Shown here piece after piece: positions 39,101 through 48,519 of a DNA stretch of 64,000 nucleotides (positions within the stretch are counted from its first letter, which is position 1; each line of letters opens with the position of its first letter). This stretch comes from Balanoglossus misakiensis (Eukaryota > Animalia > Hemichordata). The notes below the pieces were generated by a model. The model had not been told where the DNA came from. It saw nothing but the letters and a program-made list of their open reading frames with translations, and did not search any database. The stretch is taken from positions 858,599-922,598 of the forward strand of contig CM082581.2 in NCBI GenBank assembly GCA_040954595.2, read 5' to 3'. The translations under genes were made by a program, and so were the position numbers.

Positions 39101-41072
39101 AATAGTGAAAAAAGTAAAATCCAAGAAAGGTGACAAAGACCATCGAACTATTACTGCCTGTTTAAAACTACAAATTGCACACTCAAAAAAATCAGGAGAA
39201 CCAGTGAAGACATTAGATCAGTTTATTGTATTCCCAAGAGCCATATGCATGACTGATGGGTTACCCTACAAGGGATCAAAAAGTAATGTCACAAAGTTTT
39301 TTAAGGCTCGATATGACAAACTGGTTCAAGATTTTTTACCATTTGGTTGGCGGGCAGAATTTATGATATTAGACGGTATGTTTTTAATCAATAAAGCTCC
39401 GCTGGCAGCCCACAGAAATTTTGGGCAATATGCCGATTTTTTTGTCAGACGTTGGCTTATTCCCCACTTCACTCAATTCTGTTTCGAAGTTCATCTTTTA
39501 TTTGATGACCCGCATAGACTCGGTACAAGTCCTAAAGATATTGAACGTGCCAGGCGGGACAAAAAAACTGAAGAGTCGATTGAAATAGATGATATTCATG
39601 AATCAACCCCTCTACCACGAGAATGGAGAAAATTCATCAATTGTAGGCCAAACAAGAGAAAACTAGTGAACTTCTTGTCAGCCACATCTTTAAAAATAAT
39701 TGTACCGGCTCTGCAAGGTGATCAGGTCCTCATTACAGCAGGTGGCTTTGATGGGGAAAATAGGGACAAGAGTCTTTTCGTTGGTAGTAATGGAATTGTG
39801 TCTGAGTGGGAAGCCAAAAGTTGTCATGAAGAAGCTGACAGTAGATGCATCCTTCATGCAGTTCAGTCCTCTTACAAGAAAGGTGTTATTTACTCCCCTG
39901 ATACCGATACTTATCATGTTCTCCTCCCAGTACTATATCAACATGTTCAAAAGGAGATATTTGTACAACTTGATAATGATTTATCCAATCTCACTTATTT
40001 AGACATGAATCAATTCAAATCAGATTTAAATTTAGACCCTGATTTGCAACATATTCCCCTCCAATATTTAGGCAAAATATTTCAAACACTGTTCATATGC
40101 ACAGGTTGTGACTATGTGTCATACTTTGCAGGCATCGGAAAGATATCTTTCTACAAGACATTTTTTCAATACTCTGAATTTATAACTAGTGGCACCCTTA
40201 TACCTGGAACACTGATAGACACAACAGTAGACAGTGTAGGGAATGGAATTTTCGCTTTCATACGTTTAATAGGTAGTGTTTATTTTAAGAAACATTTCCA
40301 AGCATTTGATGCATCTCATCCCTTTGAACTGTATCGACAAGTAGCCGTAACAAGTAACAGTCTTAAAGATAACCACATCAAATGGCTTACATATATACGA
40401 GAAACAATTTGGCCACGTATCCAGTATGAGGAAGAATGTATCCCTTCCTTTGAAGCCCTACAACTGCACTGGAAAAGATCATGCTGGGTCTCTCAGTTAT
40501 GGTCCCAGGCCGATCAGTGCCATGTTACGTTTCCCTTATTCAATGATTATGGATACCGACTAAGCAACGGCGACCTTGATATCATTTGGGACAGTGAGGC
40601 CAATTTAGAAAAAGTGAAAAATAATTTGGAGTTGCTAACAAAAGGTTGTGGCTGCAAAAAGATGCCAACTTGTAATAGCAGATGTTGTAAATGTTATAAG
40701 ACCCACAATGGTTGTGGCCCTGCGTGTCGATGCAATGACTGCAGTAATCCACATAATGGGAACCCTGGATTCTGTACCAAATCGAAAAAGTATGGGGTAT
40801 GCCCAAAATATACAGATAAGTCACCACTATTAGAATCACCATCACCAATCACTGATACTGAACATCATAATATGGAAAATAGCATCAATGCAATTTTACA
40901 GGAGGAGTCACATGAATTTGACATTTTGAGAGAAGAAGAGGGAAATATTTACGAGACTGATTCTGACTTTGACGAACTGACTGATGAATATAACTGGACG
41001 GAAGAAAAACAAACTGATAATTCAAAGAATGGTGATTGTGATTCCAATGATGGTGACTGTGATGACATTTAA
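36138..41072 (+). CDS. Academ transposase with an inserted OTU domain, XPG/FEN1-like nuclease and C-terminal Cys-rich (CXC-like) domain
   Basis: The frame is open from 36138. Transposase-like motifs SIDNID, VVGDGKT, GDWH and DEAHE. OTU motifs GDGRCFFRS and GHYD. XPG-like motifs LDGM, LFDD, HEEADSR, DTD and TGCDY..F.GIGK. Tail CGCKK.PTCNSRCCKC...CGPACRC..C.N. Confidence 0.9.
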   Translation, partial: SQEFSNYCKANTVDLSTLDVEYIVSEIDPVLWNTVVYLTLNKIERSKLKSSNFEWNKHYYGFYDRHSMESRARFLRRLFCVCMLLFTCSDHCTYPLHTYLADIVEGYSRSSTLVKILNRFGIICSGDTLHRYMMGVINKRTSADFTEENVANNAFCITSIDNIDKSAKYAAVRADPKDRGFHGTSYQMVQPKPKSILNSVDDIVFGSHDKHSTVKDFKLINIYGDGRCFFRSISVRNDFALRNCDRLPNGLPSDPILADREKIFADKLRADTVDIMRANHKYFEELDDAQLDVLLDGTRYMDILHRTQCMEKADEYAGMPEMLSVVYVAKCPLHIYTKQNDTFVRGETFGDVFSKTEPVCLLYTPDRPGQPGHYDLLLNRQLIKSKDSLVSENAQNSFERWQELNSGFCSQNTVDSEMNEIFGNFPCATNTKIMVDRSISKNTGTDLSAPVRKVRTFTEKKSNDTVHDDVVFKPPLLRQHQPRSSISLSDFDIKQEEAIAWSELFSEAFIFALQKNAMHRADIETVFGDFKSTLATTANSNDSECSNVIYLGISSEHADSIETVHNIINKLYVTFRVGVRIKYLVVVGDGKTFHHLIKLKDMYGADLDWLQPFIGDWHILKNYQPVIMKIFWDAGLKHLAGLNYKGGTLETLVQCTNFKLTHRFLTQIWESMFRCLVNSFLNQRGEIHNTQHCPLDTETVKKCLLEAVTKSLECTEDKADHIDKINGDLKAQLTGLQEEFQIFCDRRANTDKTFKFWVRFIEEDLFAYMSLYIAIRSGNWNLRISALKKMNPLFHAYDRSLYLRLIPRHLADLLKMPDSLLLHFKAGGFVCNLSGSTWVNVALDEAHEMCVNKDVKAALHTSTGGLMERIAIYLPYRAMAAKNLKDQLFPFQNETHNSVSVHKIHESNCRLYINCLEGADVFSPLNTARELTNIFSDDTANKITQEDLLSFRTIGQQDLQAYINVRILHRPSTDTPVRKRRLKTFANKIVKKVKSKKGDKDHRTITACLKLQIAHSKKSGEPVKTLDQFIVFPRAICMTDGLPYKGSKSNVTKFFKARYDKLVQDFLPFGWRAEFMILDGMFLINKAPLAAHRNFGQYADFFVRRWLIPHFTQFCFEVHLLFDDPHRLGTSPKDIERARRDKKTEESIEIDDIHESTPLPREWRKFINCRPNKRKLVNFLSATSLKIIVPALQGDQVLITAGGFDGENRDKSLFVGSNGIVSEWEAKSCHEEADSRCILHAVQSSYKKGVIYSPDTDTYHVLLPVLYQHVQKEIFVQLDNDLSNLTYLDMNQFKSDLNLDPDLQHIPLQYLGKIFQTLFICTGCDYVSYFAGIGKISFYKTFFQYSEFITSGTLIPGTLIDTTVDSVGNGIFAFIRLIGSVYFKKHFQAFDASHPFELYRQVAVTSNSLKDNHIKWLTYIRETIWPRIQYEEECIPSFEALQLHWKRSCWVSQLWSQADQCHVTFPLFNDYGYRLSNGDLDIIWDSEANLEKVKNNLELLTKGCGCKKMPTCNSRCCKCYKTHNGCGPACRCNDCSNPHNGNPGFCTKSKKYGVCPKYTDKSPLLESPSPITDTEHHNMENSINAILQEESHEFDILREEEGNIYETDSDFDELTDEYNWTEEKQTDNSKNGDCDSNDGDCDDI

Positions 41073-41169
41073 TGAATCATCAATGAAATTGATTTGGTCT
41101 CTTGGGGGTTGCAGCCCTATTGTGGTTTCAGTCATACGTTTCCAATCGCACCCAGTGTGTATGTGTTAA

Positions 41170-41960
41170 TTTCAGACATGGTTACTATATCCGTGTTCCA
41201 AATAATCACCATTTTATCCGCTTGACACTGGGGTAACACAGGGATCAGTTCTTTGTCCTATACTTTTTAATATGTACACTTCTCCATTAGGTGAATTAGT
41301 TTCTAGTCATGGATGCCTGTATATAGCTTTTATGCAGATGGCTCTTCATTGTCTTTTACCAAGAAGAATGCTCCCAGAATGCTTTCAAATCTTGAACGTT
41401 GTATTTCTGATGTCGCTACTGGATGTCTGAAAATGTCTTGTGTTTAAATAACGATAAGACTGAATCTGTTATTTTTTCTGCTAGTTCGGGTAATGTATCT
41501 GCCAGAGGGATTACAGAAATTCATGCGATGCTCTGAAACCAGTTCATTGTCTGACGATGATTGCACAGATCTGCCATTCAGTCGCTTTTCATTTGCAGCA
41601 TATTGCACTTGTCTGTAAATATTTATCTCAAGCCTCCACAGAGCAATAAAGTTCCTTCTTTTGTTGCATTTCGAATGGATTCATGTAATTCACTTTTATT
41701 TGGGCTCCCTAAGTACTAGATCAGCCGTATTCAAGTTCAAAATATTGCTGCTAGTTCCAAAATCACCTTTTACATCAATGCAATTTCAGTTGCATTGGTT
41801 ACCTGTGTCTGATCGTATTGTTTTCAAGATTTTATTTCTTATTTTTGAATTCATTCATAGACTTGGACCATCATATCTGTCTGATATGATCAAATTATAT
41901 GTTCCAAATCGAAACTTGAAGTCAGCTGATCAGCTCAAACTCTGTCCTGTTCAGCCCAAT
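41170..41960 (+). mobile_element. Degraded L2/CR1 LINE fragment inside the Academ 3' region
   Basis: TGVTQGSVLCPILFNMYTSPL, FYADG and LHWLPVSDRIVFKIL...GPSYLSDMIKLYVPNRNLKS, in broken frames. Confidence 0.85.
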
Positions 41961-43083
41961 GCAATGACAACAAAAAATGCTTGCCTTCAGACACAAATAT
42001 TTATTGCATATATCATCAGCGAATAAAGGGAAATGGTTTCGAAGTTACAGTTGGCATTTTGCATTTTCGAAACGTCCACTTGTATCCCACGATACGGAGA
42101 AAAAAAATACACCAGCTGAGCTCCTCACACATACGTAGTCATGTATGGTAAACCTGGCATTCTGTCCATGACCTACATTTGTAGGCGATTGATCGATGTT
42201 GTGTCGAAATCAGGCCAGTAATTAAGTTAAAACTTGGCTAATACGTTACCTTAGGGTGTTATACATTATCCAGTAACTGTCTTACTTAAGAATTGCCTTT
42301 CAAAAGCTGTTTTCCCCACGGTAAACGTATCGTTTCACGAGCAACGCAACACTTCCGTATTTACAAGGCTAACATGGAGATGGAGAGGTCAACATGGAGA
42401 TGGAGAGGTCAACGTATACTTCCGGGTCATATCGTCGAACGACATCGATTATTTTTAAGCGGACTGTTACACAGGCATTTCGAATTAATTTCTTTTCACG
42501 GATGTTGGGACCGATATTAGACCTCTCTGTCAGGGAAGTTTGGTTAACTTCCGAGGTCGTTTTCAAATGATTTTTGGCACATTTGTGGACGTCTCTTTCG
42601 GGGTCACCAACATACCACCGAAAACACGTTAAAAACTACTACTATTACCGACAGATTCTCATAAAATTTACGTCTGCAGTGCAAAATGGGAATCACTTTC
42701 GTAATTCATCCAGCTAACATGGTATTTTATTGCACAACAGAGCGTAAAAATCAAGTTGAAAATCGCCTTGAAAACTGGCCTATAGCCGTCTGTTTGAAAG
42801 TTAACGGTCGCTCGCTTGATGAACTTTCATATGCAAATGAGCGCCGTGCGATCTGACTGTAATGATTTGATCAATTTTAATCATATACTTGTAAATATTT
42901 GCGCGGGTGCTGGTTTAATAAACTGTGTTGATATATAGGTGGAAGACTGTTTAGTTTTCCAGTCAATTATGTGATGTATTACGCCTGACGCTTAAATGAT
43001 TTGGTCCAGGGAGAATAACCGCGTTTGGCCGGTCAAGCGAACCCTGGATCTTGCAGGCTCTGCCCACTTTCCAATCAACAACC

Positions 43084-43275
43084 ATTGAGCATGCGCAGTT
43101 GATACTTCACATTGTAAACAAGATGGCGTCGCTGTATATGCTTCTGGACCGCTGTCGCCCGACTATGTCGGCAAAGAAGAGACGAATTTAACCAAGCAAC
43201 GCCATATCGGAAGATAGAATGATCGCGAGATGAAACCGGGATATCCAACGATTTGGCAGCCATGTTGATTGATTG
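43084..43275 (+). promoter_or_regulatory. Putative promoter and first exon of the right-arm transcript
   Basis: gcatgcgca (NRF1-like), aagatggcg (YY1-like) and a canonical donor g|gtaagt at 43276. Confidence 0.55.
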
Positions 43276-46200
43276 GTAAGTCGCCGAAGTAACTATTTGC
43301 CATTGATTTGTTTACCAGAAACGGTTTGCCTTTGGAACACATTTGACCTCACCGAAATTGATTTCAGAGTTTTTTCCCAAGAACTAATGACGTTCGTTTT
43401 CACCTTTCTGTCCCGAAGTTGCAAACGTGTTGTCTCTGAGAAAATAAATGTGATTTGTACCCGCGATAATCATAGTTCGGATTTCAACCCACAACATCAA
43501 CGCCAGCCATTCACCAACATGTGCCAGATAATGTTTATCAGTCATATTTTCTCAGTCTGAATTTACAAAAGACTAATTGTATATTATGCACATTGCAATT
43601 TTAATATGTAACACGTTTGACCTGAGTGGGAGAATGGATTGAAGGGACACAAGCTTTTGTAGCCACTTATATTTTGACACTGTTTATATAAATGTTGAGC
43701 TGGCATATTTGTTCCCTTATGATGTAGTGTACCTGTTGCATTGAAATGAAGCTGTAATATTAAAGTGCAATTTAGTCCTTTGGTTTACTGGGAAAATGAG
43801 GTCAATAAATGACAGGTTTATTTAGATATATGATATACTTCTCACAAGCACGTATGCATATGTATGAGATACTTATTTATTTTTAATTTATGTATTTATT
43901 TTTAATTTATTTTGTATGTTCAGGTAATCATATGGATTTGTATGGAATCACATACACATTAATTAAAGACTATCATATCACAGAAGTCGAGCCTCCACAT
44001 GTGTAAGGTAACCATTTAGGTTTCATGACTAAGTTTGTTTAAGAATTCATAAAGCACGAATTCTACCTAATGAATGAATTTTCTTAGAATTTCACAACTG
44101 TGACAGGGTTTGCAGTTATGCGAAAAAGTGTTATTATTCACATACGAAACTTTTCGTATACATTTTTCTGATGGCAATGCATTTAACTTTGAACAAATAT
44201 TGACGTCAGTTAGTAGTGCTATTTTGTCAGTGAAATTGCTTCATCATCATCCCTCCAACCAAAGTTGAAACTGAGTTGCAAATATTGCACAGCTTGAAAT
44301 CATAAAATGTCGCAAAATTGAACCAACCATTCGGTCAACGATTATGTTCTTACAGCTATTATTAGAAGCAGACAGTCTCAGGGAACAAGATACATGGGCC
44401 TGATTTGCAAACTGAGTTGGAACTAACCTTGCCTGCCCATGGATGCGCCAATTCAGTGAATCTTATCGTATTAAAAATGAATATGGAGAACTATTCTCTG
44501 TGTTGTGATTGTTAGCCTACATGTATACATATGTACCTTGAGTGATTCCACTTTCTTCAGTGTCCTGTGAATTCAGTTGCCATAACTTGCGCTTCACACA
44601 GCGCATACATGTAGGTCTAATCAATTGGGCAACTGGGTCTTACAATATTATCTGATGCCTCTTACTGGCCGAAGGACCACAAGTTGCATTTTCACATCGC
44701 ATATAAATAGAAAACCCATTAATTTCTACTGTATGATTTTATTGACGATTCAATAGTTTCATGACTGTTAGTGTTAATTACAATACCTAAATTCCCAAAT
44801 GAAAGCATGCTGTCAGTTTTCATGTGATTGATATTAATTTTACAATTTCAAAATATGCTTAGCTCTGAATGATTATGAACATATCAAACTTCATGTTAAA
44901 TAAACTGTCTTGATATTGTATACATTAAGGCCTACTACCAGTGTCACAACATTGATTTCCTGCATTTTTGCTCATGCCTTCTGACCAGTCAGTTGCCTCT
45001 GTATGTGTGTATGTAGTATGTATGGATGTATGTATGTCTGTCCACATCAAAAACTTGAAAACCCCTTCGCGTATCCCCTTGATATTTGGTGTGTAGATGT
45101 AGGCCAGCCTGTAAATAGGATTTTGTTCATATTAAGAAGGTTGAAGTATTTTCATGATTGGTTTTATTTGATTACTCCAGAAACATACAATACAGAGTCT
45201 GTGTGGTAAGTCTTGATATTGGGTTTTTAGATGCAGGCACGCCTGTTCAAATGAAATATGCTAATTACCTGGAGCAATGTGAAATTGATCAAAACTCAGA
45301 AACTCAACAACTGGTCAGATTGCTTTGAACATTTGTATGCATGTAGCTTATGTCACGCCTGATATACTTTCAGCTAATATAGTGAATTGTATCTAGAATT
45401 TAGTATGCTATTTCCTATAGGTAATCTTTGTTAGTATTGTTTAAATTGTGGCAAAATTTGTAATTTTTGGGAAATATAATTTTGTCATTTTTGGTCAAAA
45501 ATCATTTTCTCTGAAACTCCATGTCAGGTCAGGTTGCATTTAAATTTTGGTTTGCTTGTTCCATGAGGTAACCCAAGTAATGTTGTATATCATTTTGGTG
45601 AAATTTGCATATTTGTGGTCTTGAGGCAATTTTTGCAATTTGTATTCTTTGAAACCGCATGTCAAATTGCTTTCAATTTTGGTAGGCATGTTCCTTGTGG
45701 TGATTGAAGTGAGATATTGTTGGATTTGTTGATATCTAAATTTTTGTGGTTGAGGCAGTTTTTGTCATTGTTGAAGAAATGTTGTTTTCACTGAAAATAC
45801 TCCGATTCCTGTGAAATTGTATTAGGTTACCTGGTAGGTCATATCTGCTTGGCAATGTCACAGCGGTGTACACACCTATTTTTGTGTAATCCAAAGTGTG
45901 TAATAAGCTAGCAAATATTTACTAGTAAATCATGTATGTTCTACTTCTTACAAGGTTGAAGTATGTTGATGTCTGGGTTAAATGGGATTCTTCAGAAACA
46001 TACAATACAGAGTCTGTGGTACAGTTCATGGTCACATTCAGAATTACCTAGTCTATATCCAGCCGTGTTCTGTCCGCTTTGCTTCCAAAAGTATCGTCTA
46101 GTGTCATGCATGCCGCTTGCCCAATAATCTGACACCCCTTGCTGGGAAATTTGATGTAACAAGTATCCCTTAGTGAAATTATTAACATAAATTGAACAAT

Positions 46201-46965
46201 GTTGATTTGGCATAAGATTATAGTGAAGGCAGGGCTTATTACATTGAAAATGCTATCCAGCCTTAATTACACATTATGAATATCCTTTGTCCAATCATTG
46301 GAAAAACAATGTACCGTAGACTTGCATAGCACTTTGAAGGTGAATCGCAAGTGGTCACTTTAATTACATTACCTCAAGCAGTCTTTTACATGTAGCTATA
46401 ATAAGACAAACATTCCCGGTGTAATTAACATCACTGTTGTTATTAGTATCTATCTCCGATAAGTATCAAGTCTGCCTTATGTTATTTTAAGTCAATTGTC
46501 AGGTTCATGTACATATTTTACAACTTATCTATCTTGTCAAAAACTTTCGCATGTACCTAATTCTAGGCTTACCAGTAGGGTTATAGATACAGTGTATTAT
46601 ATTAACATGCATTAATATGAAACTAAATGTTGATGGTTAATTAAAGACCCCCTTGAGCTATGGTAACCTCATTAAATATGTGCATATCTTATTCTAGTGG
46701 ATGTGGTAACCTGGACATGGACAACTCTGGGGTCAAAATCTTTTGACAAACTTTTGGGTGATCTTGGGTAAACTTTGACCTACATTCCTATATCTTGGCA
46801 TCCGGCACAGATACATCCTTGACACTTGGAGTTATGGAACTATGTAATGGAATATTATGTCTTGCCTCATTAATTATGTACATACCTAATGCCAGCCTAA
46901 CCAATAGGGCTGGAAGTCTGCCTTTTTTTTGACATGATACATTTGAGATCAACATTTTTCTACAG

Positions 46966-47440
46966 CAGCCAGCCTTCTCTTAAAAAGAATGGACAATATA
47001 AAGGCTTTGCTGGTATACTGAACTTTGGACTCCCTCCCTGAGACTGTGTGCCAATGACGGGATAGCCTACTCAGCGTTGGGTAGATCCTAAGAAGGCCTC
47101 AGCCAGGCATCAGATACAAAAAGCGGAAATCCAAGCTTTAATGGTGGGTTACATCGTTAACTTCCCTGCAGAGCTGATTTCTCAGACTGTGAGCCAATGA
47201 CGGGTAAAGCCCCTAGGTAGGGGCCACCTAAGACAGGCCGGTCATGCTTTAGTCACAAAGAAGGGCAAGTTCAGTCATACCATAACTTTGTCTGCTGTAT
47301 ATGCTTCATAATGATTGCATGGTATTTTGAGAATACAGTGTCTTAAGGCAGTGTGACCAGCTAAAAAGTACTGGCAAACACAGCCAATGTGTAATAAAAA
47401 ACATCTAATTTGGCTGAATAAAAGACATAAAACACAGCAA
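46966..47440 (+). ncRNA. Putative terminal exon of a non-coding transcript containing two related stem-loop modules
   Basis: tttttctacag| acceptor, AATAAA at 47393 and 47417, no conserved long ORF. Far more similar to its mirror (~20270-20745) than the flanking DNA is. Confidence 0.35.
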
Positions 47441-48519
47441 AAGCACTGTGACTAGCTGAGACATAATACTCCATTATGCATTTCCATCACTCCAAGTGTC
47501 AATGTTGCATCTGCTCTGGATGCCAAGATATAGTAATGTTGGTCAAGGTTTACCCAAAGTCACCCAAAGTTCTGTCAAACAATTTTGACCCCAATGTTGT
47601 CCATGTTTAGGTTTCTCCCTCCACTGGATAGCCTACAATTAGATATGCAAATATTTAATGACATTACCATAGATTAAGGCGGTCCTAAATTAACCATGAA
47701 ATTATAGTTTCATGTTAATTCTTGTTATTACAAAACACTGTATCTATAACCCTTCTGGAAGCCATACTTTGTTTCATGCTACCCAATATGTGAAAGTAGG
47801 TAAAAAATCAGCCAAGGTTATTTGAAATTTTGCTGAAAAAAATCCGGTCCCTGACATTTGGTAAAGGGGTCAAGACACTTGGCAACAAATTGTTGTCCCA
47901 GATTAGAACATATTCATAAAAAACTCAGGGAAAGAAGGAAGTTTTTCACAGCTTTGGTGCTTCAAATAGTAGAGAGGTTCCCAAGTTATTTCAATGAAAC
48001 CTTAATGTCAACATTACATCGTTAGACTCGAACTCATCTGGCATAAAGCTGCTAGTTAAAGCCCTAAGGGTTGTGCCACTTTTTCATTATTTTCATCTAA
48101 GATTTGTCAATCTAAATAAGCTTACTGCTAGGTATACATCTACATGAACATCTTGTTGACTGACGATTGTGGCTGTAATTTAAAGAAGTCAGATATTTAA
48201 CAGGTACCACACCTGTTTAATCTGCCTCTATACAAAGGGTACACATCTATAGTGGTATGCATCACCTAGATATGACAAACATAAGCACTACAAGTAATAT
48301 GGCTTTATGGTGGCGATTTTGAAGGATGTGGAGAAGATTTGAAAAACACTCTTGAGGAAAAAGATGTGTTAAATCTTTGAAATGTGTTTTATTCTTTGGT
48401 TCCCATTTCGTATATGTCTATCTACCACTGGGACCAATGTGAAATTGGTGGAAATTGGTCAAATTGCTTTAGAAATTGGTGTGTATTCATTTTGAGACCT
48501 CATGGATTTTTTTTCATTT

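Larger units (their letters stand above)
32373..42859 (+). mobile_element. Full-length Academ (XPG-encoding, AcademX-type) DNA transposon, 10487 bp
   Basis: Terminal inverted repeats CAGTCAGATCGCACGGC (32373) and GCCGTGCGATCTGACTG (ending 42859), extending imperfectly inward. Perfect 4-bp TAAT duplication at 32369-32372 and 42860-42863. The encoded transposase + XPG + Cys-rich tail matches the described Academ architecture. Confidence 0.88.

Noticed and set aside
34759-40848. Antisense and alternate-frame ORFs within the Academ gene
   Set aside because: These are shadow ORFs of a long coding frame.
47041-47239. SECIS element, group I intron core or hammerhead ribozyme
   Set aside because: ATGA is only about 5 nt from the AA, no P3/P7 pairing is consistent in both modules, and there is no CUGANGA/GAAA core.
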